A stretch of DNA of 64,000 nucleotides from Catajapyx aquilonaris (taxonomy: Eukaryota), in the NCBI GenBank assembly GCA_000934665.2, contig JYFJ02000088.1, positions 124,001 to 188,000 on the forward strand. The letters are read 5' to 3'. Below are positions 1 through 19,562 of this stretch, piece by piece (within the stretch, counting starts at the first letter, position 1; each line of letters starts with the position of its first letter). The notes under the pieces were generated by a model. That model made no database searches. It was not told the DNA's origin and was given only the letters and a program-made list of their open reading frames with translations. Made by a program: the position numbers and the translations under genes.

Positions 1-651
1 TTTGTTGAGCCATTGTTAAAAACATGGAGAGTCGACGCATGTGTTCCAAGCTGGCATGTCATTTTTCTATACAAGTATCATATGTATGCATGGTAAATAC
101 TGATAAAATTTTCCAGAAATTGCAGCCATAACTGTTCTGTTAATTCCTCCCTTTCATCCTTCTTTTTATGACTTGCATGTGAGGTGATATTTGACCTTGG
201 CTTCTCTACAGTGCATGTTGGTGTGGCAGGCATCTGAAGTATACGAGTTTCTTGATCATTAATAAAGATTATAAGACAGCATGATAAATGACCAGAAATG
301 GTCATGCAAATGGTGATCGAATGGATTTTTATAATTAGCAGGTAAAGCCACGATTTCAAGGATGAATTAACCGCAGAGGAATTGATTTTGAAAATGGAGC
401 GAAAAATAACTGCATTACCATGAAATCATGCCTGAGCTCATTTGTGACAAAAATGGTTATATTAATTGGACAATTAATCCAGTTATTGCAAAAGCTATGA
501 TCCGAATGTCGTAAGTTCCACGACAAGAAAAATTTACCAGGATGCATAACTATTTATGTTCTGCTACTTCTCATTCAAGTTATATATTATGCAGTCATCC
601 TCTACTTGTGATGTGAAATAAAATCATACCGTCATGTTTAAAAAATGATTA

Positions 652-1265
652 GAGTAAACCCTTAATATAAAGCTCTTCAAGGGACCACCCAAATGTATTG
701 TTATAAGCAGAATAGCGTTATATGCTGGAAAATTTACCTTATGGAAATTATCAAGGGACCAGAAAAAAGGGGCATTAAGAGAGGGAAAGGGTTATACATG
801 GTGAAGGACAATCGCCAGGTAAACTGATAGTAGGCCTACTCATAAAACTAATATAGGTATGTGCAATTAGTTTTTGGTGTCTTTGCATAGTTAATGCATA
901 CGGAGCTGTCAAAGTTTCGTGATGTCGTCACATCTGTTCCGCCAGCTTCAAAGTAGCAAAAGTCATCTCGAGGGTCTCCGAGTAATCCGGCCTTGGGTCT
1001 GTAACACGTCGTCCATGTGCAATAGGGGATCAAATCCTGTCAAGTCAGATTCTGGGTGCGACACCCATGAACGTTGTCATTTTTGCCTAATATTTTACCA
1101 TCTGGCCCACTACACTTGAAAGACTCCATACACATTAACTATGCAACGGCGCCAAAAACTAATTGCACATCCTTATATTTTGCAAGTACTGTCAATCTAC
1201 CTGGCAAATTGTCTGCGAGTTGCCTTTCACCCTGTATGCGGGAGCATTATATCAAGGTTTTGCTG
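652..1265. mobile_element. Degenerate TIR element (pogo/Tc1-mariner-like MITE) interrupted by a second MITE
   Basis: Left end GAGTAAACCCTTAATATAAAGCTC matches the reverse complement of the right end (CAGCAAAACCTTGATATAATGCTC). Internal GTTATA-type repeats are present. Confidence 0.55.
797..1234. mobile_element. Inner MITE with ~120 bp imperfect inverted arms and TA flanks
   Basis: Ends are TA|CATGGTGAAGG and CCTTTCACCCTG|TA. The arm TGTGCAATTAGTTTTTGGTGTCTTTGCATAGTTAATG mirrors CATTAACTATGCAACGGCGCCAAAAACTAATTGCACA. Confidence 0.7.
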
Positions 1266-1871
1266 TTATTAATCATTGGCAATTAAAAACAACATTCCAC
1301 ATGTTACACTGTGCAGCTCACTTTTGAGCATATGTGATGTAAAATATGCCGTGAACAAATGAGGGCACAAATTTTTCTGCAATTTCACATTTAAATACTG
1401 CAGGTTCTGCATACTTATATGGTGGCAAGAAATTGATCCATTGAGCTTCACGAGAACTGGGCCAGACGAACTGCTATTTCACATGCAATTGTTACTTTTA
1501 GATCCATATAATGGTGCAATTACTCTGTCTTCTCACGTGCATGGACTTTAATTTATCGAGTGCATTTTGTTACTTGATGACACGCATGTAATGGCCTACC
1601 CACTATGAGCCAAAAAAGAAAGAGTGACATTAGAAATCAGACAGCCTTGTTGGTATGTTACAGCCTTACAGGAAGCCTTATCTGTCTGACTTTAAAGCAC
1701 TATATTCTGACTGTATGAAGTTTGGAATGCCATAGTCATTGATTGATCCCTTTTATAAGCAAGTCACTTCAGTCCAAACTTTATCATAGCAATTTGCAAC
1801 TTGATAATTATCACTGCCAGTGAATGTCTCAACCCCTGGAGATGATAATCACGCACTTGTACATTCCACAG

Positions 1872-2096
1872 GCTTATTTGATTCGTCACAAGAGCCAGAA
1901 TGTAGACGTGGATTCATCCGGACGGAGCTGCAAAGAACGAATGCTGATGGTCCTGAGTGAAAGTGCACTGCCAAAAATATTTCCAGACTTCCGTGTCCAA
2001 GAGTTTAACTCTCCAACGGAATTGGAAAGCTTCTTCACCAAATACAATATCTCAGATCTGTACAGGAAGCATGTGCAGGTCATCGTGAGACGATGA
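1872..2096 (+). CDS. Possible terminal coding exon of an unidentified gene or TE (AYLIRHKSQ...HVQVIVRR*)
   Basis: Acceptor-like TTCCACAG at 1864-1871 is followed by a protein-like open frame to a stop. No family recognised and no upstream exons resolved. Confidence 0.3.
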   Translation, partial: AYLIRHKSQNVDVDSSGRSCKERMLMVLSESALPKIFPDFRVQEFNSPTELESFFTKYNISDLYRKHVQVIVRR

Positions 2097-2789
2097 TGCA
2101 TGCAGAAAAAGTGACTGTCTTGAAATCACCAAAGAACGAGTATGATAAAACAGCAGGGTGAAAAAATTTTGGTAACTAAAAAAATATATCTGTCACACTA
2201 GATTCATGCAATTGCCACGCTCTTGCTTGCATTTATTAATTTTTAAAAATTAACAATTCTGAAATAGATGCAGTTCAGTACCTTTTTCTTTTTTGAGTCA
2301 TTTTAAAAAGGTAGGCAGTCGAAACCCCCTAGAGCCAATTGATATTGCAGCATGTCACACAACTAGGATCTCAAAAAAATACGAAACGCTAAAACTAGTC
2401 ATAGGGAGAAGAATTAGCTGGCCGTTCGTGTCCATTTTCATCAATTTGAAGCACAAAGGGGAGAGTGGTGGAGTTTGCTGTTTAATGTGTTGCAAAAGTG
2501 ACTCTGGAAGTGGCCTTTTGTGATGTAACTGTATATTGTATGCAATGTGAATAATGGAGTTGGGTTGTCCTTTGCTGTTGCTGAGAAGAGAAGAAATAAA
2601 ACATGTTGTCACCGTTAAACTACCACTGTTATTCACAGAGGGATTATCCCAATTATTTTTGTGAGATAGAGAGAACCTCACATGGGAACCAGTAAAACGC
2701 CATACCTGCTCAACAATCCCATCTTTGGCTCTTTGCACAAATCTTTTCTCATGTCACCACAAGAAGTGCAAAAAAAGCCTTTTGTAGTC

Positions 2790-2940
2790 AATGGGGCTCA
2801 TCTCCAGTGGCACATTCTCCAGCTGCTCCAGTAACATGCGCTTCAGAAACACTCCTACGCAATGGCGACTTCAGGCGAGGTGGTAGCAGGTATGAACCAG
2901 CCTGGACGTCTCCCACTATGCTAGCCCACACATTCAGTCA
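2790..2940 (-). mobile_element. Degenerate Tc1/mariner-type transposase fragment
   Basis: Minus strand reads LNVWASIVGDVQAGSYLLPPRL, then after a frameshift VFLKRMLLEQLENVPL. This resembles the NVWAGI.GD..GPY.LP.RL...FL...LLE.VPL block of insect DDD transposases. Confidence 0.6.
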
Positions 2941-3133
2941 CTCCCTCGTGGCACCCACAACTGAATGATGAGTACATCCTTTTCAATCCAAGTAAAATGC
3001 ATTTAGACAAGAGCTGACTATCAAATGCACCAAACACACCTGACGGACACACAGACTGAGTTGCCCTATATGTTTAGGTAACAATCAAAGTTGTGAGTAA
3101 TACTGTGTATGAATATGGATGAAAAAATAGTGT

Positions 3134-3205
3134 AGGTCCCACCCAGATTTGAACTGGGATTGCTGGATTCAGAGTCCAGAGTGCTAACCATTACACCATG
3201 GGACC
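3134..3205 (-). tRNA. tRNA-Gln (anticodon CTG)
   Basis: 72 nt GGTCCCATGGTGTAATGGTTAGCACTCTGGACT-CTG-AATCCAGCAATCCCAGTTCAAATCTGGGTGGGACCT. Cloverleaf, A/B boxes and a downstream T-run terminator are intact. Confidence 0.95.
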
Positions 3206-3442
3206 TTTGATGTCAATCAGGATTCAGTTTCCAATATTATTGAGATCTAATTAAAAATTATTGTGATAGATATGTGATGACACCGTGCCATTCCCTCTAT
3301 CAGAATTCTTCAAATCACGTGCTTTTTACATGATTTGAAGAATTCTGATAGAGGGGATGGCACGGTGTCATCACATATCTACCACGATAATTTTTAATTA
3401 GATCTCAATAATATTGGAAACTGAATCCTCATTGACATGAAA

Positions 3443-3514
3443 GGTCCCATGGTGTAATGGTTAGCACTCTGGACTCTGAATCCAGCAATCCCAGTTCAAA
3501 TCTGGGTGGGACCT
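3443..3514 (+). tRNA. tRNA-Gln (anticodon CTG)
   Basis: Identical 72 nt copy on the plus strand, followed by TTTTT at 3523-3527. Confidence 0.95.
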
Positions 3515-4994
3515 ACACTATATTTTTGCATCATTCTCTTCATATTATGAACAATAATTCATAAGTGATTGAAAAAAAAATTAAAAATGTGCACAAGGAA
3601 TGTATAACACTAACAATGTACATTACATTACAGGTAACATCTGCTCAATAAAGATGTCCTCTAAAAATTAATCTGTCGCGATTATCTCCGGTGTCAGCCC
3701 TGCCAAAATTGGCAAGAGGATCATGGGTGGTCCTGAAGAGTCAGGATAAGCAGAAATGTGCTCATCTCTGTGCATTCAACCAGTTGGCAAATAGCACTCC
3801 CCTCTGTCGTCAGCATCTCCCCCTCCTCTCCCCATCGAAAGCCGTTTCCTTGGATACGGCATGATGATGTCCTTACCCGGATTGTTCTCACTTCTGCCGC
3901 ACAGAAACAAAAACGCCAATCGCAAATCGCATATACGGAAAAATGTCAATTTATTTGTCCATTTTTTTTAAATAGGTTACATAATATGTTTGCTGTATAA
4001 TGAAGCATAGTATGGCGGAGGCCAATTAGGCCTAATATGTACAACCCGTCTTTACAATAATTCACAATGTGCGTTGATAGAACCTGCACATTATGGAAAT
4101 CCTCGGTGGGGAAAAAATTCTGCGATGATAAATTATACGAAGAACGTTCAGTAAACGCGGAAGACGTTACACCATATGTGATTTTCTCTCGGAAGACCTT
4201 GGCCTAGCTACGTCACTAATCCAAAATCAAAAGAAAACTGACAAACCATTTATTTCTAGTGGCTAGTTCTTGATGGCCATTCACAGAGCTACTTACTTTT
4301 ATTTTTCACAATCGACGCTTTTAAAGCTTGCTTGCTGAAAAAGGACACTGTCATGCCAATGTAACATTACCATATTATAAAGGGATGCAAGATTACATTC
4401 CAACCATGTACACATAATAATATTGGTGACAGGTACCTGTACAGTCATAGCCTACTTAAAACCTAGTCCACAAAATTGGAGGAAATGTACAACCTTGGCA
4501 ACATGATCCACAGGACAATAAGCCTCCCCAGTCAGTTCTGGCCTTTTTGGAGGCTATAATATTAAATCTAGCCCATTTTTATCTGAATGGTCATGCCTGT
4601 ACAGTACGTATGACTATAGGAAACGTAAGATATACGTAATGCCCACAACATCAGCGTCGACGTATTTTAATTTTTAAATAATGCATGCACTGTATATATT
4701 ACCTGTAAATCATTTCTGACGTATACAATGCTGGTAAGACCATGCAATACCATTTCACAAACCTTGAGCCAGTGCATGACTCAATTAGACGTCAGTCAAA
4801 TTATATTGCCAATATAGTGACACACGTCGCTAATGGTTATGACGCCAACGTGTGTTTAATGACTTGCAGTGATATTGTACAATAGTGTGAAATGGCCTCC
4901 GAGTGATTGTCAGGTTGACCCTGCGTGTTGTGGACTGTTTCCTCAGTACCGTGTGTGGAAAATCACAGATGACTGCCCACGGTACGGCACTTAT

Positions 4995-11642
<6,648 letters not shown>

Positions 11643-12254
11643 TCATTCAAGGAATTGGCTGATTTTATAGTGTGCTAGACATCCCTGTTCGCAGGCATCA
11701 ACCAAAAAAAAATGAATCAATAAAGTCAACATTTGCCATACGTGACTCCACATACCTTCCACATCAGCATTTCAAGATAAGCTCCCAATTCAGATATAAC
11801 TCCCCCACCCAAAATTTTTCGCAACCGCATGTTGACGAAGACATCCGGGTGTCAACAAGGCTTTAGGATGGGTTCCATTGATTTTGGTATAGTATACAGG
11901 GTGGAGCAAAGAGTGTCAGTGTCACGGATATTCTGTTGAATGGACAGGGTGTTGTTGTATGGGTGGGCATAAGAGGCGGCGCACTAGAGTGGCCGGTTGT
12001 TTAGAGGGGAAAAAGGGGGGTCCCAGTCCCTCGGATTAAGGAGTAGCCCTCCCCATAGAGAAGTCGTAAATCACTGAAACCTATCGCCATGTGAGGTTCC
12101 CCCCACCCAACAGTCTGCTCTAATCCCTACCTATTGCCACCGGAAACCGCCTTCCTCAGGGACCAACTTATACTGGGTGGTAGCCACGGACAATTCTTCA
12201 AAATATGACTCTGCAGAAAGGCTATAGGCTCATATAGTCGTAATCTCACCATAT

Positions 12255-12286
12255 AAAAACGCTATAAGATATCTTATAGCGTTTTT
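12255..12286. repeat. Perfect 32 bp loop-less palindrome
   Basis: AAAAACGCTATAAGAT|ATCTTATAGCGTTTTT. Confidence 0.95.
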
Positions 12287-15200
12287 GCAGCTGAGCAACA
12301 ATGGCCAGCCTACAAGAATGTTTATCACCCCCTTCAGCCAGGGGAGCGAAGGTCTCTGTTGGGGAGGTCAAGCTCTAATTCGTTGAATGGTCAACCCGAT
12401 TCTTGAGGTCAACTCGGACTTTTTTTTTCTCCTGGTCACCCCCCCAGCAGTATAACAATAGGTAAAAGTGGCTACCAACATTTATGGCCCAGTCGGCAAA
12501 TTTCAGAAGTAGGAAACTGAATAGCCTTGCTTTATAGAAGAACCCGACACGATTTTATTGCTGCCTGACTATTGTGTTGGGAGTCCATGTTGATATCAAC
12601 ACACACGGCTGACGTGTGCCCATATCAACACTCATCACGTATGGTAGAGCAACGCTGCATTTTAGCAAGTCAAGCCAGGTCAGCTTTTTTTTGTGTGCAA
12701 ATGGCTGCTGACTGCTTGCGAAAAAAAAATTTGCATGATGGAATGATTTTTGATGGGGCTGACCATACATTATGAACCACCCTGTTTTTTTTTAATATAT
12801 ATATTTTTAATTTTGCATGGACACACAAAAAATTCCCGATTAGACTTTTGACTGAAAGGTGCAGCGTATTGAATGAGTAGCCCATATTTTGTGTCGTTCC
12901 CATTGGTTCCGTGCACTTGAGCGACTCTGGTGAGAGAATAGTGCGGTGCGGATGAAATCAATCATGCACGGCATGAATACCATTGGGGAAAATGACACAA
13001 AGGGTGGCAAATCGGGCGTGAAAGTAAGTGTTGGAGGGCAAATGGCTGCTCAAGAAGAAAACCCTCCCTTCCTCTCTTCTCTTAGCGCATTACAGGGTGA
13101 GCCACAACTGTCCATATTGGAATCAAACCTCATATTTGGGACTCCTGCTGTCTTTGTAGACTCTCTGACTCACCCTGTACAGCAACCCCCCCGAGGCTTA
13201 AAAGTGAGCTGCGTGAAGCAGTTCTCAGGTTCACGGCTGCTCCAAGCAGCGGAAGAAGGGGGTCAGGGGTCATTTCGGCGGGATGACCTTTTGACCCCTC
13301 TCCCTCCCCTGCTAGCAGGGGGACCTCAAGAGTTGAGGGGGGGATGTGTCGGGTGCGTTACAAGCCACAATGGGCCACCTGCGTGACTTGTACTACACCC
13401 CCGCCCACCACCAGGGGCGATGACTGTTTTGCCAGACGTCCTGGAATTCTTCTGTTTGGACAACTGACGACATCCGGACATTCCAGTGGGCCTTTTATAG
13501 ATAAAATCGGCTTACATGGATAATATTGAGTTCGGTAGTACAAAAGAAAAGTCATTCATGTCGGACTGGTGAATGGTCCACGTGCTAAGTACAAATCTGG
13601 ACACTTACAACATGGTCAGTAATTGGCGGCAAATTTTTTTCCCCGATAAATATTAAAATTGTCAAAAAATATGAGAAAATTCATATACAATATTAAAATA
13701 ATGTGTATGCACATTCCATCTGAGATTGTACGTGGCATAAATACACAAAAATTCATATATGTGCTGTAGGAAGTGTAGAAGTCATAATGAGAAAATATTA
13801 ATTCTTCAATAGGATTCTGTCCACTAACCTACCACAACATAGAATAAGTGTGGTGGGATTTAGTGTATACTTGTATGACCTCCACACGTGTGGTAGAAAT
13901 CGCTATATTATAGGCATTACGTGATGTTACTTTCTTGAACTGTGGCCATATGCAAATACACCACCCAAGAAGTCTGCTGGCCATAATGTATCACAGAACA
14001 TGCCTGCAACTGCAAGCAATATATCATATCGAACTGTGTCGGTCTTTTCGGCATGTTTTCGCAGCTTCCTTCCGGAGAATTCCTTGTGCAAAGTTACACG
14101 TCCAGGAAGTTCCTTCCCTTCTGGTTTTCTAAAAGTCTGAAGGAATAAGCTGGATTGAATTCCGAAGGCCATCTAGGGCAGATTTATGGCGCAGCAGCCG
14201 CACGCTTCTCCAGAGGGTTGTTGGGCTGGGTCGAAAGGTTAACGAACACGAGCCGTCTCAGCAACTTACTCCTTATCGTTATACCCAAAAACCAAGGGTG
14301 CTACATGGGAAGAGCTCTCGGTTATTAGGAGGGGAATGAGAAATATGGATATTATGTTTCCTCCTTATGACTATTTGGGGTTGGTTGACACTTTGTAGCT
14401 GTATCCATATGTGTATAGCACACTCTCCCAGTTAATTTTTTTATGAGACCTATTGCCATAAAACTAGGCAGAAATTTTTGGGGGGTACATTTTATTAGAT
14501 GCAGGCAGACATGTAGGCTTATATAGTCTAACCATATTCTCCGGATATTTTGTGATTTGAAGTACCATAATTTCAATATAGTAAAATATTTAATCACGGG
14601 TTCCCAGCCTCATCAGAAATGAAAGAGTCGTGAATTGATGCATGTGGTCATCACTATAATAGTAAGTATGTCACTAAAATTTAAAAACCAATACCTAACA
14701 CGAAATATTATCCCACTGTCAAGACAAAAAATGTACTGAACAAGAATGTCGCTATTGCCCCAAAGTGTGCCCTGTTCGAAAATTTTGAGTGACATTTTAA
14801 ATGTATAAAACACCGAAAAGCAGGATATTGACCCAGTCTAACTTTGATGTGGCAAGATTCTACTGCTAATTTTGGCACAGTCGACAACATATACACATAT
14901 ACCAGACTGTTCAACCTTTGAAAGTGCAATACTGATATTACCGTAACCTCTAAGAAATTTCACGGTATCGCACTGAACGAAACTCCGGCCTATACTTATG
15001 ACAAAATAATAACAAAGAAATTCTGGCAGTATCGATGAAAGTTGCAGATCATATAACTTATGTAAGTAATGTAAGTTATTATTGAGAATTATTGAGAATT
15101 TTCTTGTCACTACAGTTGAATTTCCTCACTCTTGCTACACTTGAAGTATACCGTATATCACCAGCAGCAACTCATAGTTGAGTAAAATGACTTTCCAACT

Positions 15201-15873
15201 AGCTAAAGCAATTCTTCAGTCATACTTTCCGTTGTCTCACATTAATATTCAGTCATATCCAGGAAAAAATGCACCCTAAGAATTGATGTGTTATTGAATC
15301 AGACGAAAGTGACAGCACCCGGTAGCCTTATAAGCCTATAGTTCATGTGTTTGATGCTATTTCATCTGGAAGTAAACGGAAGAATCCCGAGGAGACTCCC
15401 GCGAACACGGAGAGAAACAAAGGAACTCTATAATATTCCAAATTATAGAAAATCTTCCATCCGACCCGTGGATCTAACTCCGGACATCGGAGGTGAACTA
15501 TTGTGATGGCTTTAACAACCACATATACCGCCCTTGTCAAATTCATTAAAGCGGTATCCATGCAAGACAAAGTGTGCTTCCTGAAAATATTGAATCATTG
15601 TGAATGAGCTGCGGGTTTCCACAAAATATATTACGTCGCATTTCCTATTCCATGAAACAAAAAATGTGGTAATATTACTTTACACGCAGTGCACAGAGGC
15701 TCTCAAGTAAGCCTATACCGCGGAATCAAGTGCAATGGATCGTCTGATTTACTTATCTTTTCCACCAGCGGTTTTCGACAAAAAGTTTACCCATATCGTG
15801 ACAGTGATTGTGCAAGTGTCACACCTTTGCTTATATCCAGCACCTCGCTCATCAGGTGATACCTCACCATGAA

Positions 15874-15941
15874 GGCTGCGTTGGAGTGCTACACCATCTT
15901 GTTATATATAACTTAAGATGGTGTACCACTCCAACGCAGCC
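15874..15941. repeat. Near-perfect 68 bp palindrome
   Basis: GGCTGCGTTGGAGTGCTACACCATCTT-GTTATA|TATAAC-TT-AAGATGGTGTACCACTCCAACGCAGCC, with 1 mismatch and a 2 nt indel. Confidence 0.9.
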
Positions 15942-16007
15942 AGAAATTCTGGAGTACACTTATATATGTATAGGGATCATTCCGAATCAAGTGGACCAAA
16001 ATGAACA

Positions 16008-16640
16008 CCGTGGGGATAGAATTTGGATGATACGGAAAATGAGACCTTTTTTGGAGATTTTATTGGGTTAGTGGAGGTCTTGGTGGAAGTGGTCAAAACT
16101 CAATAAGCATAATTATACTGTATATCAAATAAAGGAGGAAGAAGAGGAGAATGGGCATAAGGAAATTGTTTTCCTCGAAAATGCAGCTATAGAAAAGAGT
16201 GTGTGGCATTCCATTGATCACAGTCATGCCCAAGAATTTGGGTCCTTGAAAATTAATTATAATACGCATATAGGTATATCTACGAAACATCTCTATAATA
16301 TTTTCTCGCGAACCATGCATCAACCAAGCTTAAGCTTGGTTGATGCATGGTTCGCGAGAAATTACTGAACATATACATGGTGTGGGTCACAACTCCTGAC
16401 ACCAAATTAATAATTGACGTGAATCAAATTCTTGGGACATGTGACATTGAAATCTCACACACGTTTTTCTGGCTACATTTTTGAGTAAAACTAATTCAAC
16501 AGGCGCATTCTTCTCGTCCTTCTATTTTATTTAATCTAAATTACATTGTTGAGTGGTTTTGATCACTTCATCGAAAATATCTCCAAAAAGGCCTCATTTT
16601 CAGCATTTTCCAAAATTTCGTGATTTTGTCCCTCCCCGTG
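16008..16640. mobile_element. Old fold-back/MITE-like element with degenerate ~250 bp inverted arms
   Basis: Mirrored blocks include GAAAATGAGACCTTTTTTGGAGAT / ATCTCCAAAAAGGCCTCATTTTC and CCCAAGAATTT / AAATTCTTGGG. Boundaries are approximate. Confidence 0.6.
16302..16361. repeat. Perfect 60 bp loop-less palindrome
   Basis: TTTCTCGCGAACCATGCATCAACCAAGCTT|AAGCTTGGTTGATGCATGGTTCGCGAGAAA. Confidence 0.95.
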
Positions 16641-19562
16641 GTATTGTTAAATATATGGCTGAAACTGATATGCAGCGTTATCGCATAGGTGCGTAGTCTG
16701 TATAACTGTAATTTCTTTCACCAAAACCAGAGGTCGATAAACATTTGATTCAGAGTGACTGTATACTATTAAAATTATTATAAAACCATGCAACCATCGC
16801 CTATATATATAGTTCTCACATTCAACAAAGCCAATCAACGATGTTAACATGCGACAGACGAAAATTACACCCTTTTCGTGTCACATCGTCGATAAAGCGC
16901 ATTGTTCATTAAGTCCACAATCCTACAGAGATTCTATATTATAGAGGAGAATAATATCAGTTATGGATCGCTTATAGGCCTACCATAAGCATGCAACAAC
17001 TTATTGTGCGCATTCACTTCTGGAATTTTTCCTTGTATATACTTTTTCTGGGGAAAACAATCCGTTATTACTTCGCCTAGCTCTTCTCTTGTGTGGACGT
17101 GATGGAATTATATACAGTATGTAGAAGCATCCTTGAACTCTATTAATTGAATACAGTGTTATGTTCATCCCCACGCAAGTGCTCTATTATTGTAGCTCTT
17201 CCCAAGCAAATGGAAGCGCAGAGAAATTGCTCCAAAATCGGCTTTATATAACTCATCATGTATTTGATGATGACTGCTCATGCGCGGCTCATGTAACATC
17301 TACACACCCACTTCTTCCCCATCAATAACTTCACAGGCTGCGGGACCCAATATTCTGGCCTCACCGCATCACCGCCTTGCAGAATATTCGTTTTGAAAAT
17401 ACCAGCATATCATAACCCTTCGCAAGAAAAGAATATTCGGTACCCAGCAAAAGAAATAGAGCCGCATATCGACTATGAAGATAATTATGCAGATCTGTAG
17501 GAATCATATTGAAATATAGTTTTGACATGCTTATAATTATGAGGATGTGATAAGTTTGAAAATATAGTTACTATTATTCCTACTTTTCAACTCAGTATGT
17601 AGGAGCTAATGCAATTATTCCACAGAAATATGATTTCATTGAAAAACTTCTTGTTACGAAATTGTGATTATGATCTATACTTCATCACAATAAAAACGGC
17701 AATAAAATATCATATGTGCTGAGCGTCTGTCACTTTAAAATATTTGAGCCTGAGTGAATGTATGTTAATACCTCAAAGAGTTTTATAATGCGTAATTAAC
17801 GTTTGCATTGGGGAATTATCGGCAGCAACACTGCCGCTCATTAAATCACCAAACTGTGGACTTTATGCATTAATACCAAGTTACGCAGAAGATATTCTGC
17901 AAAGACGATACTCTCAGGTCGTGATGTGGATCCAAAGTCTGGGATGCAACAGCTGGATGCTGCGTTATACCGTATATATATAGGGTGTGAAAAGGACACG
18001 GTGGGAACGTTGCACCTTTTACGAAAGCTGTAAAAAGCAGTGGCTCAGTGAGTGACTCAACCTTTACTTTAGCAGACACCGAATCTCTAATGGAAAGGAA
18101 ACCCCAATATAAATACACTCATTTTTTTTTTGGTTATCGCCTATGCCTTGACGGCCAGAAGAAAATAAAATACCAAGGGAAAACAAGCTTGGTGCTGCAA
18201 GAATATGTGTTTAAACACCCTCAATATTATACGGAAAATACTGTATGTGTAAACCTTGCTTCAGCAGTTATACTGTATATTGAATCAAGTACAGGAGACA
18301 GTAACACTGTCTTGACATGAACTCCTGTACAATGTGCCATAGAACCATGATCCATTTCCCCCTCCCGTGGTACATCGTGCATGATGTGGTCGCCCGCAAT
18401 CAGTGCCCCGCTTGCCCGCCAACATTCCCGCGTCCATATCGGACTTGTCCCGACTGGCGCTCTGCAAATTATATGCGCTAAATATTATAACTATCAATAT
18501 AACGATTGCACCCGAAGTGTAGGCGGAAGTTACCGCTCTAATCAATAATAATTTTTGTGCAAAAATGTTCAATTGATATAGGTTTATTTATGCACATATA
18601 ATTATAAACAGGAATAATTGCAAACATATCTGATGTGATTTTTATTTGCGGTATGTCCCGACCACATTGTTTCTGCAATATTTAGATTATTGTGTTAGAT
18701 ATATACCAATATCTCTCTCTCCCACTGGTTATTTATACTATTCCGACTGTATATGAAAAAATTATATGGAGTGATGGATCGTTGTCTCCACAAATTCTTA
18801 CAGTGTAAATAACCTTCTGTGGGCTTCATCGTGTTACAGCACGCGGTAAAAAAAATAGTTTTCTTGTCGTTTGACGCTATCAAATTATCCTGCACTTGGA
18901 CTAGTTTACTACCTCCAGTTATGAGCAAATTTGACGTCAAACATAGGCAAGGTGTCTTTTAATATCCTTGACTCACACATTGCGAATTGCAAACAAAGTA
19001 GCTCACATACTAATTAGAATATTCGTGCGATACACTGATTTTGCTCATATACAAATATGGATTTCTTATACGATTGACATTTTCCCCAGTTCAATAATGG
19101 CTATTATTAACCCTACAGCAACCAGCCCGATTTCTGGAGTAAACACCTGGCCGTGCATATTTTGCATTGCAACTACCAATGCGCAGGTCTATACGTATAA
19201 GACGGAGGCATCTCCTACTGTCATTAAGATTTCCAAGAATAGGCCTGTTGGCACGCTAAGGCTCCAGAAGCAATACACAGCCGGTCATAGTGGCTTGGGG
19301 ACATATAGCTAAAGGGGCAAGAAAAAGAGCCCGAGTGACGACGCAAGTGAATTAGAGCACACGGGTCACGCATGGCAAACGTGTCAAATGAGAAAGTAAG
19401 TGTAGGACAGGCGCCCACCCTCCCCATCAAAGCCTCCTCTTATCGTCCTCCACCACCACCACCACTCTCCTCCTGGCACCACCACCTCCTCCTCCTCCAC
19501 TCCCCAAGACAGAGCTCTCCGGCCTGCTAATGACAAGGAATACGTGACATCTCCTCGCTTAC

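Larger units (their letters stand above)
3127..3521. repeat. ~395 bp near-perfect inverted repeat (7 nt spacer 3321-3327) containing both tRNA-Gln genes
   Basis: Arms 3127-3320 and 3328-3521 are reverse complements. I count 6 mismatches, all in the 115 bp 5' flanks, and none in the tRNAs. Confidence 0.95.

Noticed and set aside
16326..16337. AAGCTTAAGCTT as a Hi-C/HindIII ligation artefact
   Set aside because: A filled-in HindIII junction reads AAGCTAGCTT, and the other palindromes have unrelated centres. Read support should still be checked.
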